Assembly (NCBI GenBank): GCA_049671465.1
Contig: JBATUY010000328.1
Coordinates: 1-37,261 of the forward strand
Direction: 5' to 3'
Source of the DNA: Pricia sp.
GTDB taxonomy: Bacteria > Bacteroidota > Bacteroidia > Flavobacteriales > Flavobacteriaceae
DNA length: 37,261 nucleotides
Of the stretch, positions 9,397 through 19,974 are shown one piece after another. The notes below the pieces were generated by a model. The model was not told the origin of the DNA and did not search any database. It saw only the letters and a program-made list of their open reading frames with translations. Every line of letters starts with the position of its first letter. Positions within the stretch are counted from its first letter, which is position 1. The translations under genes and the position numbers were made by a program.

Positions 9397-10590
9397 ATGG
9401 AAATGACTTTAGAACAGACATGGCGATGGTACGGGCCGAACGACCCGGTTTCATTGGCCGACATCAAACAAGCGGGAGCCACGGGAATAGTCTCTGCCCT
9501 GCACCACATTCCCAATGGGGAAATATGGCCCGTTGAAGAAATCAAAAAAAGAAAGCAAGCCATAGAGAAAACGGGGCTTCGGTGGTCGGTTGTCGAGAGC
9601 GTGCCCATACACGAAGCCATCAAAACCCAAGCCGATGGTTATAAAACCTACGTGGACAATTACAAACAAACCCTTTCCAATCTAGGGGAATGCGGTATTG
9701 GCATCGTCTGCTATAATTTCATGCCCGTGCTGGATTGGACAAGAACCGACCTGAATTATGGAATGCCGGACGGTTCCACGGCCCTGCGCTTTGAAGCTGC
9801 CGCCTTTGCCGCCTTTGAGCTTTTTATGTTGAAACGGCCCGGAGCCGAAGATACCTATACCGAGGTGCAAAAAGAGAAGGCCAAAGTATATTTTGATAAC
9901 CTGTCGGAAGATGATAAAGAAGAGTTATCGAACAATATTATAGCGGGGCTCCCCGGTGCCGAAGAGGGTTATTCCTTGTCCGAGTTCAATACGATTCTAA
10001 AAACCTATGATAATGTGGGTCCGAAAGAGCTCAAGAAACATTTGTTCGCGTTTTTGAGTGAAATCATTCCGGCGGCCGAAAAAGCGGGTGTTTTGATGTG
10101 TATTCATCCCGATGATCCGCCGTATCCGATATTGGGCTTGCCCAGAGTGGTCAGTACCGAAGCCGATATTATCGAACTTTATAAGGCCGTCGACAGTCCG
10201 AATAACGGACTCACTTTTTGCACAGGTTCTTTTGGGGTACGCGAAGATAACGATCTGCCGGGCATGGTAGAGCGTTTGGGCAGTCGTATCCATTTTATCC
10301 ACTTGCGCAGTACCGAACGCGATGCGGCCGGTAATTTTCACGAGGCCAACCATCTCGAGGGTGATGTAGACATGTATGGGGTAATGAAAGCTTTGGTGAA
10401 AGAACAGGAAAGACGCAGGTCACTTGGTAGGGATGACCTACGCATACCGATGCGGCCCGACCATGGCCATAAGATGCTCGATGATCTTCGCAAGAAAACG
10501 AATCCGGGATATTCCGGGATCGGAAGGTTAAGAGGGCTTGCGGAATTACGCGGACTGGAAATGGGAATCAGAAAATCCATTCTAAATTAA
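9397..10590 (+). CDS. uxuA: Mannonate dehydratase
   Basis: [42 protein letters not shown] and MRPDHGH motifs. Start placed at ATG 9397 (9403 also possible), not the upstream GTG that overlaps uxuB. Confidence 0.97.
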   Translation: MEMTLEQTWRWYGPNDPVSLADIKQAGATGIVSALHHIPNGEIWPVEEIKKRKQAIEKTGLRWSVVESVPIHEAIKTQADGYKTYVDNYKQTLSNLGECGIGIVCYNFMPVLDWTRTDLNYGMPDGSTALRFEAAAFAAFELFMLKRPGAEDTYTEVQKEKAKVYFDNLSEDDKEELSNNIIAGLPGAEEGYSLSEFNTILKTYDNVGPKELKKHLFAFLSEIIPAAEKAGVLMCIHPDDPPYPILGLPRVVSTEADIIELYKAVDSPNNGLTFCTGSFGVREDNDLPGMVERLGSRIHFIHLRSTERDAAGNFHEANHLEGDVDMYGVMKALVKEQERRRSLGRDDLRIPMRPDHGHKMLDDLRKKTNPGYSGIGRLRGLAELRGLEMGIRKSILN

Positions 10591-10693
10591 TCTGAACCTT
10601 TATATGAATTGATGTACCAATAGTTCAATGCCCGCAATGAGAACCGCACCTGAGGGCATTGGCACTCAAATAACTTGTAGAAATTTCGTATTC

Positions 10694-10727
10694 AAAAACC
10701 CCCGATATGCTCGTATCGGGGGTTTTT
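10694..10727. terminator. Bidirectional Rho-independent terminator between the convergent uxuA and prc genes
   Basis: Perfect 14-bp inverted repeat AAAAACCCCCGATA / TATCGGGGGTTTTT with a 6-nt loop. Confidence 0.9.
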
Positions 10728-10777
10728 CGAATTTTGTTGCCTAGCAAATTGATATATTTCATCGGTCGGATAAAAGA

Positions 10778-12961
10778 TTACCCTTTTACCGCCAGTTTAC
10801 CGTGCTCTAAACTATTGGTCTTTAAATCTTGTAATACGTTTACGGCTTCCTCGACATAGACATCTTTTGCCAAGTTCTGGTGCCAGCGGTCGCGTTTCTC
10901 CCGCAAAACGGAGTCTTTGGTAAAAAGCTCCTGTTCGTATTTCAGGGACTCAAAGGTCAATTTAGAATCGTAATCGGTTATGGTTTTAAAATATTTTGAT
11001 TTTTCCTTGGCCTTCTCCTCGTCGCTGACGTAGACATCGTAGTTCAAGGAGATAACGGTTTCTTCCTGTTTTGATTTTAGCCATTTGGCGTTCTCTTCGA
11101 TCAGTTTGATCTGCTTGCTATTCTCCATCCTCTTTTTACTGTTGGCGATAGTTTGCTCATAATCGATATACCCGCCCCAAGGCTTGTAGTTGGCTGGGGA
11201 TATCTTATCCCATTTCAACGGATTTGCTTGATCGCGTTCGCCCAAATCGATATAACTGTATTTGTCCGGCACAACAACGTCGCTCTTTACCCCTTCCAAC
11301 TGGGTCGAACCACCGTTGATGCGATAAAACTTTTGGGTAGTCAATTTAATGGCTCCCAAGTCACCGTGTTCGTTGCTGCGAACGATATTTTCAAGGGGAA
11401 TTACATTTTGAACGGTGCCCTTGCCGAACGTCTGTTGGCTTCCGATGACAATCGCCCTTTTGTAATCTTGCATGGCCGCCGCTAAAATTTCGGAAGCCGA
11501 AGCGGATAGTTCGTTAACGAGTATCACCAAGGGACCATCCCATTGAATACGCTCGTCTTTATCATCATAAACATCTTTTCCTTTTCCGGAAGAACGGACT
11601 TGTACGATGGGGCCATCCTTAATAAATAATCCCGCCATTTCAACAACGGTCTTTAGAGATCCACCGCCGTTATCACGCAGGTCAAGAATCAAGCCTTCGG
11701 CACCGGCTTCCTTTAAACGCTCTACTTCCTTGGCCACGTCGGTAGCCGCATTTCGTTCGGTGTAATCATCGAAATCGACGTAGAACTTTGGCAAGTCGAT
11801 CAATCCGAATTTTTGGTCGCCTTTGATGATGTTGGCCGATTTCGCAAAAGATTCCTCTAACTCCACCACATCACGGGTCAGGGAGACCACCTCTTTGGAA
11901 CCATCGATTTTTCGGACGGTCAAATTTACCTTGGTGCCTTTAGCGCCTTTAATCAATTTGATGGCATCATCTAAGCGCATTCCCACAATATTAATGGGCT
12001 CTTCACCCTCTTGGCCGACCTTCATAATCTCGTCACCAACTTCTAATTGACCGTCGCGCCAAACAGGGCCACCGGAAATAATATCCACAATCTTAGCACC
12101 TTCGGGCTTCTTTTGCAGACGTGCTCCTATACCTTCGAACTTGCCCGACATGCTCACATCGAACTTCTCTTTATCTTCAGGGGCGAAATAATACGTATGT
12201 GGGTCAAACTCATCAACTATGGTATTGATGTATTGTACGAACCAATCTTTGCGTTCTAGGTCGCTGACGAAATCGAAAAATTCATCAAGTGTGTTTCTGG
12301 TGGATTCCCGTGAAGCGACTTCGGCTTCCTCGGGGGTCAAGCTTTCCTCGGGAACGTCGTCGATACTCTCATTGGTCACTTTTTCGACCACTTGATCGTT
12401 TTCAAGGGACTTTTCAGTTTCAACATCCTTGGTGACCTTCCTAATTTTGGAATCATAAGTGCCGAGTGTCGCATATTTCAACTGCTGTCTCCAACGCTCC
12501 TTTAAATCTTTTCTTGAAGCGGCGAAAGGCAGTTCTTCATAATCGATATCGATATTTTCTTTCTCTTTATAATCGAAAGGGGTGTCCAATACTTCTTTGT
12601 AGATACCTTTGGCGTCTTCCATCCTAAGCATCAACCGGTCGTAGACCAAATTGAAGAAAGAGATATCGGTACTTTTGATCTGGTCGTCGATCTGAAATTT
12701 GAACTGTTCGAATTCCTTGATATCCTCGGCCAAAAAATAGCGTTTCGTAGGATCGATAACATCGATAAAATCTTCAAAGACGCTGACGGAAAAATCGTCA
12801 TCGATATCTTTGGGCTCGTAATGGCCCTTTTCCAATACGTAGGTTATCAAATCCAACAATAGCTTATCCTTATCATCATTTTCAAAAGACTTGTTGGTGA
12901 AACTACAGGAGGCTACCGATAGTAGCATTCCCAAAAGTGCATAAGCGAGATTCCTTTTCAT
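10778..12961 (-). CDS. prc: Carboxy-terminal processing protease (S41A, Prc/Tsp), lipoprotein-type signal
   Basis: DPHTYYF, GIGARL (PDZ), ILDLRDNGGG, SASASEILA (catalytic Ser), TFGKGTVQ (catalytic Lys) and GSTQLEGVKSD motifs. Confidence 0.93.
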   Translation of the reverse strand: MKRNLAYALLGMLLSVASCSFTNKSFENDDKDKLLLDLITYVLEKGHYEPKDIDDDFSVSVFEDFIDVIDPTKRYFLAEDIKEFEQFKFQIDDQIKSTDISFFNLVYDRLMLRMEDAKGIYKEVLDTPFDYKEKENIDIDYEELPFAASRKDLKERWRQQLKYATLGTYDSKIRKVTKDVETEKSLENDQVVEKVTNESIDDVPEESLTPEEAEVASRESTRNTLDEFFDFVSDLERKDWFVQYINTIVDEFDPHTYYFAPEDKEKFDVSMSGKFEGIGARLQKKPEGAKIVDIISGGPVWRDGQLEVGDEIMKVGQEGEEPINIVGMRLDDAIKLIKGAKGTKVNLTVRKIDGSKEVVSLTRDVVELEESFAKSANIIKGDQKFGLIDLPKFYVDFDDYTERNAATDVAKEVERLKEAGAEGLILDLRDNGGGSLKTVVEMAGLFIKDGPIVQVRSSGKGKDVYDDKDERIQWDGPLVILVNELSASASEILAAAMQDYKRAIVIGSQQTFGKGTVQNVIPLENIVRSNEHGDLGAIKLTTQKFYRINGGSTQLEGVKSDVVVPDKYSYIDLGERDQANPLKWDKISPANYKPWGGYIDYEQTIANSKKRMENSKQIKLIEENAKWLKSKQEETVISLNYDVYVSDEEKAKEKSKYFKTITDYDSKLTFESLKYEQELFTKDSVLREKRDRWHQNLAKDVYVEEAVNVLQDLKTNSLEHGKLAVKG

Positions 12962-13161
12962 AGATATTTTAGTTTCATTGGGCCATCGAACGATACATAG
13001 CGACTATAGATGGCATACTCAGCGATAATCAATCCTCTAAGATACTGAAAAAACCATGCCACCCCTTTGAGCGTGCCATTAATTTTTTGTTAAACGGATG
13101 TGGGATCCGCGTTGACCGATTTGCTTTGTAAAACGTATTTTTACAACATAAATTATATGAT

Positions 13162-13935
13162 ATGCCAAAACCTTTGATCTTGGTGACGAACGATGATGGA
13201 ATAACCGCACCGGGATTGCGAAATTTGATTCGCTATCTCTCGGACTTCGGCGAAATTGTGGTGGTCGCCCCCGACAGTCCCCAATCGGGCAAGGGCCATG
13301 CGATTACCGTTGATGACACCCTGTTTCTGAACGAGATGCCCGCCAAAGATGGCGCGACTAAGGAGTACAGTTGCAGCGGTACCCCCGCCGATTGTATAAA
13401 ACTGGCCCTGCGCGAACTTTTAGACCGAAAGCCCGACCTCTGCGTCAGCGGTATCAACCACGGCTCGAACGCTTCGATAAACGTGATATATTCGGGTACC
13501 ATGAGCGCGGCGATCGAAGCGGGTATAGAGGGCATACCGTCTATCGGATTTTCGCTCTGCGATTATGCCTGGGAAGCCGATTTCGGCCCGGCGGAAGCTG
13601 CCGTCAAGAAAATTGTGGGCGAATCGCTCGAAAAAGGCATTCCGGAAGGGGTTATTCTCAATGTCAATATTCCAAAAGTATCAAAGGATAAAATAAAAGG
13701 TATCAAGGTCTGTCGGCAGGCGCGGGCCAATTGGCGGGAGAAATTTGACAAAAGACAAAGTCCCTCTGGAAAGGATTATTACTGGCTGACCGGTGAGTTC
13801 GAACTTCTGGACAAGGGTGAGGATACCGACGAGTGGGCCTTGGCGCGAAATTACGTTACTGTTGTACCCACCCAATTCGATCTGACCGCATACCATGCCA
13901 TTCAGCAATTGAATTCTTGGAATTTTTCAGGATGA
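13162..13935 (+). CDS. surE: 5'/3'-nucleotidase SurE
   Basis: LVTNDDG, SGTPADC, VSGINHGSN and YSGTMSAA motifs. Confidence 0.96.
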   Translation: MPKPLILVTNDDGITAPGLRNLIRYLSDFGEIVVVAPDSPQSGKGHAITVDDTLFLNEMPAKDGATKEYSCSGTPADCIKLALRELLDRKPDLCVSGINHGSNASINVIYSGTMSAAIEAGIEGIPSIGFSLCDYAWEADFGPAEAAVKKIVGESLEKGIPEGVILNVNIPKVSKDKIKGIKVCRQARANWREKFDKRQSPSGKDYYWLTGEFELLDKGEDTDEWALARNYVTVVPTQFDLTAYHAIQQLNSWNFSG

Positions 13936-13976
13936 TGGTCGCCGTAGAAATGTATTAGGTTTATTATTAACATCTT

Positions 13977-14261
13977 ATGGACAAGAAACAAGAAATAGTT
14001 ATCGGTTTTGCGGTTGGCATCATCGCCAACACCATCGGTACGCTTTTATACATTTTATTATTCTCGGACCTTGGAATTGTCGAAACCTTCGAGGCGGCCA
14101 TTAAGCAAGGTCATGTGGGAAGTCTTTTGGCCCTAGGCGCCATCTTGAATCTCATCGCCTTCTTCGGATTTTTAAAGATTCGGAGGGATCAGCGCGCCAA
14201 GGGAGTCCTCATCGCTACGATTTTGACCGCGATGGTGATACTCTTCTATAAAATTTTCTGA
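13977..14261 (+). CDS. Small membrane protein (3 predicted TM helices)
   Basis: 94-aa hydrophobic ORF between surE and lpxB, ending 2 bp before lpxB. Confidence 0.8.
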   Translation: MDKKQEIVIGFAVGIIANTIGTLLYILLFSDLGIVETFEAAIKQGHVGSLLALGAILNLIAFFGFLKIRRDQRAKGVLIATILTAMVILFYKIF

Positions 14262-14263
14262 GG

Positions 14264-15406
14264 ATGAAGTACTACCTCATATCCGGCGAAGCTTCTGGCG
14301 ACCTGCACGGTTCGAATCTTATCAAGGCCCTCAAAGTCGAAGATAGGCAGGCCGACATCCGTTGTTGGGGCGGTGATATGATGGAAAAAGCAGGGGGTAC
14401 GCTGGCGAAACACTATAACGAAATGGCCTTTATGGGCTTTTTTGAGGTATTGATGAACCTTCGTACCATTTCGAAAAACATCAATTATTGTAAAAAGGAT
14501 ATTCGGGAATTCGGACCCGATGTCATCATCTTCATCGATTTTTCGGGCTTTAACCTTCGCATCGCCAAATGGGCCAAAGAAAAAGGTTTCAAGACCAATT
14601 ATTACATCTCACCCCAAATCTGGGCTTCTCGCGAAGGCCGGATAAAAGATATCAAAAGGGATATCGATGCCATGTATGTCATCCTGCCTTTTGAGAAGAA
14701 ATTTTATGAGGAGAAGCACAATTTTCCGGTGCATTTTGTGGGCCATCCGTTAATCGATGCCATTGGGGACCGGAAAACCTTAAATTCTAAAAAATTCATT
14801 GACGCGCATGGGTTGAATCCCGATAAGCCCATTATTGCGCTCTTACCAGGCAGCCGCAAGCAAGAAGTGCAGAAAATGCTGGATATCATGCTGTCGATTA
14901 TCGATGATTTCACCCAATATCAATTCGTCGTAGGGGGAGCCCCCAGTCTAAGTAAAGCTTTTTACGAGCCTTTTCTAGCCGACCCGAACGTCAATTTTGT
15001 GCATAATCAGACCTATGACCTTCTGGAAGTATCCTGCGCCGCCTTGGTGACCAGTGGTACCGCCACTCTGGAGACCGCCATCTTTAAGGTGCCCCAAGTC
15101 GTTTGCTACCGTGCCAACTGGTTGTCATATCAAATTGCCAAGCGCATCATAACCCTCGATTATATTTCGCTCGTCAACCTGATTATGGGCAAAGAAGTAG
15201 TCAAAGAGCTCATACAAGACGAGCTCACCAGTAAAAACCTTAAAATCGCCCTTTTCAAAATCTTGGACGGACCTGCTCGTCAAGCTCAGTTCGAGGCCTA
15301 CGAATTACTGGAAAAAAAATTGGGAGGTCAAGGTGCCAGTAAAAAGACAGCGGAGTTGATTTATAAGGATTTGCAAGGTTCTGACGTTGGCACGAAACCC
15401 AGATAA
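14264..15406 (+). CDS. lpxB: Lipid-A-disaccharide synthase
   Basis: SGEASGDLHG, IDFSGFN, YYISPQIWA, ILPFE, FVGHPL, LLPGSR and SGTATLE motifs. Confidence 0.97.
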   Translation: MKYYLISGEASGDLHGSNLIKALKVEDRQADIRCWGGDMMEKAGGTLAKHYNEMAFMGFFEVLMNLRTISKNINYCKKDIREFGPDVIIFIDFSGFNLRIAKWAKEKGFKTNYYISPQIWASREGRIKDIKRDIDAMYVILPFEKKFYEEKHNFPVHFVGHPLIDAIGDRKTLNSKKFIDAHGLNPDKPIIALLPGSRKQEVQKMLDIMLSIIDDFTQYQFVVGGAPSLSKAFYEPFLADPNVNFVHNQTYDLLEVSCAALVTSGTATLETAIFKVPQVVCYRANWLSYQIAKRIITLDYISLVNLIMGKEVVKELIQDELTSKNLKIALFKILDGPARQAQFEAYELLEKKLGGQGASKKTAELIYKDLQGSDVGTKPR

Positions 15407-15464
15407 TCTGACCAAATCGATTAATTTCCTTAATTTTACGTTCCAAGAGCCTAATAATTCTTGG

Positions 15465-16016
15465 ATGCTACGTAAAACCCTCTACATACTCCTCCTATTC
15501 TTCGTTATCGGTTGCGGTTCAAAAAAAAGAACCACATCCAACAAAAAGCGCGCGGTTACGGTCGCTGCCAAAAAGGATTATGAACCGCGCGATGCCGCAA
15601 AACCGGTAAAAAAAGTTCCTGTCGCAAAATCTACCAGAGCCGATGATATTGTCGACTCGGCCCTGCAGTTTTCAGGGGTACGTTACAAATATGGCGGTAC
15701 AACGCGAAGGGGCATGGATTGCTCGGGACTTCTATATGTCGCTTTCGGGGAGAACAATATAAAACTCCCACGAGTGTCTTACCACATGGCGGAAGAAGGT
15801 AGAAATGTTCGCCTCAGCGATGTGGACAAAGGCGACCTACTTTTTTTCAGAACGACACGAGGCGCGAAGCGTATCAATCATGTGGGTATGGTGGTGACCG
15901 TTGAAAATGGGGAAGTCAAATTTATTCATTCTTCAAGCTCGCGCGGCGTCATCGTCTCTTCACTCCGCGAAGGCTATTGGAACAGCGCTTTCGTGCGGGC
16001 GAAGCGCGTATTGTAA
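15465..16016 (+). CDS. NlpC/P60 (C40) cell-wall endopeptidase lipoprotein
   Basis: Start reassigned to ATG 15465, giving lipoprotein signal MLRKTLYILLLFFVIG-C. Contains YKYGG, DCSG, GDLLFF, HVGM and FIHSSS. Confidence 0.92.
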   Translation: MLRKTLYILLLFFVIGCGSKKRTTSNKKRAVTVAAKKDYEPRDAAKPVKKVPVAKSTRADDIVDSALQFSGVRYKYGGTTRRGMDCSGLLYVAFGENNIKLPRVSYHMAEEGRNVRLSDVDKGDLLFFRTTRGAKRINHVGMVVTVENGEVKFIHSSSSRGVIVSSLREGYWNSAFVRAKRVL

Positions 16017-16396
16017 AGGCAGTTCGAAATTTAGGCGGTGACTCCCGTCCTACATTGAGCGTCAGTACAAAGAGATGAAGACCAAGTTCTGACTGGGGTC
16101 GTATCACTCTAATTCGAATTCTAGATGGATTGCCCTATACGCGCAAAGCATACCCTTATTTTTTGTTTTACAATTGAACCACTAGAGTCAAGAAGACAAT
16201 CTATATTATCATCGAAAACTTGGGTAGTCGATTCCCCTGCCGAGGCAGGTAGGCGTTTTATCCTCAAATACGTAGACAATCGGCCCTTTTGGCGAACAGG
16301 CGAAGCGTTTCATCGAGAATTCTCCTATTTCCAAATTGAAACTTCTCGAAATCAGTACTTTGTTGCTTTTCATTACTGCTTCATCGATACCTGACC

Positions 16397-18439
16397 ATGA
16401 ATTTGCTCCGCTTTATTCCCATAAAACTGACTGTTTTGCTCGTTTTGGGAATTCTGCTAGGTCGGTATTTGCAGCCCGATATTACGCTGCCCTTGACCTC
16501 CACTGGCATTTGTCTGATACTTCTCGCATTTATTTTTTACAGGGATAACCGCTCGACTTCGCTTACCGGATCAACTAAATACCCGGCGCTATTCGCAATA
16601 TTAGTAGCCCTAACTACCATTTCCACTGGTATATTGGCCGTTTCGTCGACTGACCCGAAAAACAAGTCCGAACATTATTCCCAACAAGACTTCACGGGCA
16701 ACCACCTCTGGAAAATCAAAATTAGCGAAGTTCTGAAATCGGCTGCCTATTCCGATCGCTATGTCGCCAAGGTGCTGGCTCTTGAAAACAAAGAAACCTC
16801 AGGGAAGCTACTGGTCAGCTTTCCCTTGGACACGACCATCCAAAAGTTCAGGGTAGATGACGAACTCATACTTTTTACGGAGTTAGAGGTGATACATCCA
16901 CCATTGAACCCGCACCAGTTCGATTATCGAAGATACTTAGTGGACTTGGGCATTAAAAATCAAATACGGATGAGAGGCAACAACTATGTAATTTCCCCAA
17001 AACCCACTACTACCCTTAATGGAATGGCCGCAGATTTTCGGAATACAATTATCGCCAATCTGAAAAGGATGGATTTCGGAAAGGAAGAATTGGGCATCAT
17101 TCAAGCACTCTTACTCGGTCAGCGCAACGAAATTTCCGAGGCGACCTATGATGACTACAAGAATGCGGGCGCAGTACATATTCTCGCCGTATCGGGCTTA
17201 CATATCGGTATTCTGCTGCTGTTGCTGCAATTTCTCTTGCGCCCTTTAGAACGTCTTCGCAAAGGGAAAACGCTAAAATTGGTTTTAATTGTGGCTTTGC
17301 TCTGGGGCTTTGCCTTGTTGGCGGGGCTATCGGCGTCCGTAGTACGTGCGGTGACCATGTTTACGTTCGTCACCTACGCCCTCTACTTGAACCGACCGGG
17401 CAACACCTTCAATGTGCTAGCGCTCTCGATTTTTTTTATTCTTTTAGTAATCGATCCTTTGCTCATATTTCGGGTCGGCTTTCAAATGAGCTACGCCGCG
17501 GTGTTCGCCATTGTTTGGATATATCCCTTACTGGAAAAATTATGGCGTCCGAAAAACAAAATCGTCAGATACTTTTGGCAGTTACTATCCGTGAGTATTG
17601 CGGCACAGTTGGGCGTTTTGCCGATAAGCCTGTTCTACTTCCATCAGTTTCCGGGGCTTTTCTTTATCTCGAACCTGTTGATCGTTCCAGCCCTGGGCGT
17701 AATTCTAGGAATGGGCTTATTGGTCATTTTCTTGGCCCTTTTCGACCATCTGCCCGATATTTTGGTTGCGGCCTATGATACTATGATTCGCTGGATGAAT
17801 ACCATTATCGGTTGGGTCGCCGAGCAAGAGACCTTCGTCTTCAAAAACATATCCTTCGATGCCGTACAGCTGGTATTGGCGTATATCATCCTCATCTGTG
17901 CCGTCGTCTTCTTTTCAAAACCAACCTATAAAAAAGCAATACTCCTATGCACGGCGGTCATCGGGTTTCAACTCTGGCTTTTTAATACTTCCTATCAGAC
18001 CCACCATAAAGAAACGCTGGTTCTTGCCCATCAGACCCGAAATTCGGTCTTGATGCACCAAACGGGGAATCGGTTATCAACAATCGCATTAGATTCGCTA
18101 CGGCTCGACGGTATGACCACGGATTATGGCATAGCAGAAAGAATAGCTTCCGTAGCGCATCGTCCGCTAAAGAACGGGTATTTATGGCATGACAAAGAAT
18201 TAGTGATCATCGATAGTTTGGGAGTCTATCCAAAGAAAAACAACCGCCCGGATTATCTTTTGCTGACCGGCTCCCCGAAATTGAACTTAGAGAGGTTAAT
18301 CGATTCCATTGGGCCGAAAATGATTCTTGCCGACGGCGGAAATTACCGAAGCTATATCGAACGTTGGCAGAAGACCTGTAAAGGCAGAAAACTCCGGTTT
18401 CATTATACCGGAAAAAACGGAGCATTTTACTTCGAATAA
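16397..18439 (+). CDS. comEC: ComEC/Rec2 family competence membrane protein
   Basis: LNPHQFDY, ALLLG, HILAVSGLHIG, SASVVRA and GFQMSY motifs; many TM segments. Confidence 0.9.
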   Translation: MNLLRFIPIKLTVLLVLGILLGRYLQPDITLPLTSTGICLILLAFIFYRDNRSTSLTGSTKYPALFAILVALTTISTGILAVSSTDPKNKSEHYSQQDFTGNHLWKIKISEVLKSAAYSDRYVAKVLALENKETSGKLLVSFPLDTTIQKFRVDDELILFTELEVIHPPLNPHQFDYRRYLVDLGIKNQIRMRGNNYVISPKPTTTLNGMAADFRNTIIANLKRMDFGKEELGIIQALLLGQRNEISEATYDDYKNAGAVHILAVSGLHIGILLLLLQFLLRPLERLRKGKTLKLVLIVALLWGFALLAGLSASVVRAVTMFTFVTYALYLNRPGNTFNVLALSIFFILLVIDPLLIFRVGFQMSYAAVFAIVWIYPLLEKLWRPKNKIVRYFWQLLSVSIAAQLGVLPISLFYFHQFPGLFFISNLLIVPALGVILGMGLLVIFLALFDHLPDILVAAYDTMIRWMNTIIGWVAEQETFVFKNISFDAVQLVLAYIILICAVVFFSKPTYKKAILLCTAVIGFQLWLFNTSYQTHHKETLVLAHQTRNSVLMHQTGNRLSTIALDSLRLDGMTTDYGIAERIASVAHRPLKNGYLWHDKELVIIDSLGVYPKKNNRPDYLLLTGSPKLNLERLIDSIGPKMILADGGNYRSYIERWQKTCKGRKLRFHYTGKNGAFYFE

Positions 18440-18546
18440 GGGTTGCTAATCTTAAAAAATATTGGGCAACGGAAAATGCCAATTTCATATACAATCGTAA
18501 ATAGCATTACTCTTAAAAACCGATTGCAATAGTCGTGAGTAGTAAG

Positions 18547-19956
18547 TTAAGCCCCTGCTGCAGGCCCGTGACCCTTGATTTCAAAATCTTCCTGAACTGT
18601 ATCCGATACTTTTCCCTCGCCGTCTTCGGCACCATGGGCCAATCGTTTCAAGGGTTTAAGTGCCAAAATGATGCATATTCCGATCAGCGACCATATGACG
18701 GCAATACCCGTAAAGATTTCAAACTCGCCCAAATCTTGGGACACTTCGCCAATGAGTCCCGCTACTTTGTTGCCCAAGCCGGTGGCCGCCCAGTACAATC
18801 CCATAATAATCGATGCATATTTCAAAGGTGCCAACTTGGTTATATAGGATAAGGATACCGGGGAAGAACAAAGCTCGCCCACCGTGTGGAACAAATACGC
18901 CAATATCAGCCAGTACATGGCCGATGAACCATTACTTTCATATTGAAGGGATGCAGCACTCATAAAACCGAAACCTAAAGCCATGATGATAAAACCCACC
19001 GCGATTTTAAAGAGCGAGGACGATTCCTTTCCCTTTCTGCGCCAGCGTACCCAAAACCCGCCGACCGCGGTGGCCAAAATGATGATGAAAAAAGAGTTTA
19101 CGGATTGAAATACGGATGCGGGTACAACAAACAGGCCAAAGAAATCCCTATCGGTCTTTTGGGAAGCATACAAGTTCATCAATCCTCCGGCCTGCTCGAA
19201 TGCGGCCCAGAATAAAATGATAAGCAGAAACGATATCAAAAGCACCTTTATACGGTCTTTTTCAACGTTTGTCAAAGGTGTGTCAAGCATCTCTATGTTT
19301 TTTTCATCATTGCGACTGATAAGATTACCGACATGTACCAAATATTTCTGCCCCCATACATATACCGCCTGCCCTAGAAACATGCCTATGGCCGCAAGAC
19401 CGAAACCATAATGCCAGTTGATTTTTTCGCCGATGTATCCACAAAGAATCGGGGCCAAGAAACCCCCAATATTGATACCCATGTAAAAGATATAAAAACC
19501 CATATCGCGACGCTCGTCTTTGGGCTTATAGAGACCCCCTACCATTGATGAGATATTTGGTTTGAGGCAACCCACCCCGAGAATGATAAAGAAACAGCCA
19601 ATGTAAAAACTTGTTTCGGAATCAAAGGCCAAAACGGCGTGGCCGATACAGAGCAGTGCGCCCCCTAACATCACTGTTTTTTTCTGGCCGAGAAACCGGT
19701 CGGCGATCCAGCCACCGGGAATCGATGATACGTAGACCAACATGGTATACCAGCCGTAGAGCGCGAGGGCTTCTTCGTTCGACCATCCAAAACCTGCATT
19801 TCGTCCCGTGGTTTCTGCTACTAGGAACAGGGTAAATAGGGCGCGCATTCCGTAGTACGAAAATCGTTCCCACATTTCGGTGAAAAACAGAATGTACAGT
19901 CCGACAGGATGCCTGAAGAGTTCTTTCTCATGTGCGAGTTTGGTTGTGGTTGCCAT
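18547..19956 (-). CDS. Proton-dependent oligopeptide transporter (POT/PTR family, MFS)
   Basis: ExxERFxYYG motif (EMWERFSYYGMR), GGWIADRFLG, FYMGINIG, FEQAG and GELCSSPV. Confidence 0.95.
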   Translation of the reverse strand: MATTTKLAHEKELFRHPVGLYILFFTEMWERFSYYGMRALFTLFLVAETTGRNAGFGWSNEEALALYGWYTMLVYVSSIPGGWIADRFLGQKKTVMLGGALLCIGHAVLAFDSETSFYIGCFFIILGVGCLKPNISSMVGGLYKPKDERRDMGFYIFYMGINIGGFLAPILCGYIGEKINWHYGFGLAAIGMFLGQAVYVWGQKYLVHVGNLISRNDEKNIEMLDTPLTNVEKDRIKVLLISFLLIILFWAAFEQAGGLMNLYASQKTDRDFFGLFVVPASVFQSVNSFFIIILATAVGGFWVRWRRKGKESSSLFKIAVGFIIMALGFGFMSAASLQYESNGSSAMYWLILAYLFHTVGELCSSPVSLSYITKLAPLKYASIIMGLYWAATGLGNKVAGLIGEVSQDLGEFEIFTGIAVIWSLIGICIILALKPLKRLAHGAEDGEGKVSDTVQEDFEIKGHGPAAGA

Positions 19957-19974
19957 AAATTTCTTTAGTTTCGA

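Noticed and set aside
10626..10661. CAATGCCC/GGGCATTG inverted repeat downstream of uxuA
   Set aside because: An 8-bp stem with a 20-nt loop and no U tract; the strong terminator about 30 bp downstream explains the region.
12327..12439. Acidic, slightly repetitive segment in Prc (KVTKD...KVTNE, PEE twice)
   Set aside because: Consistent with an ordinary variable linker; frame and catalytic motifs are intact.
16125..16394. 89-aa ORF ending just before comEC
   Set aside because: No recognisable motif or signal and atypical composition; treated as a chance ORF in an intergenic region.
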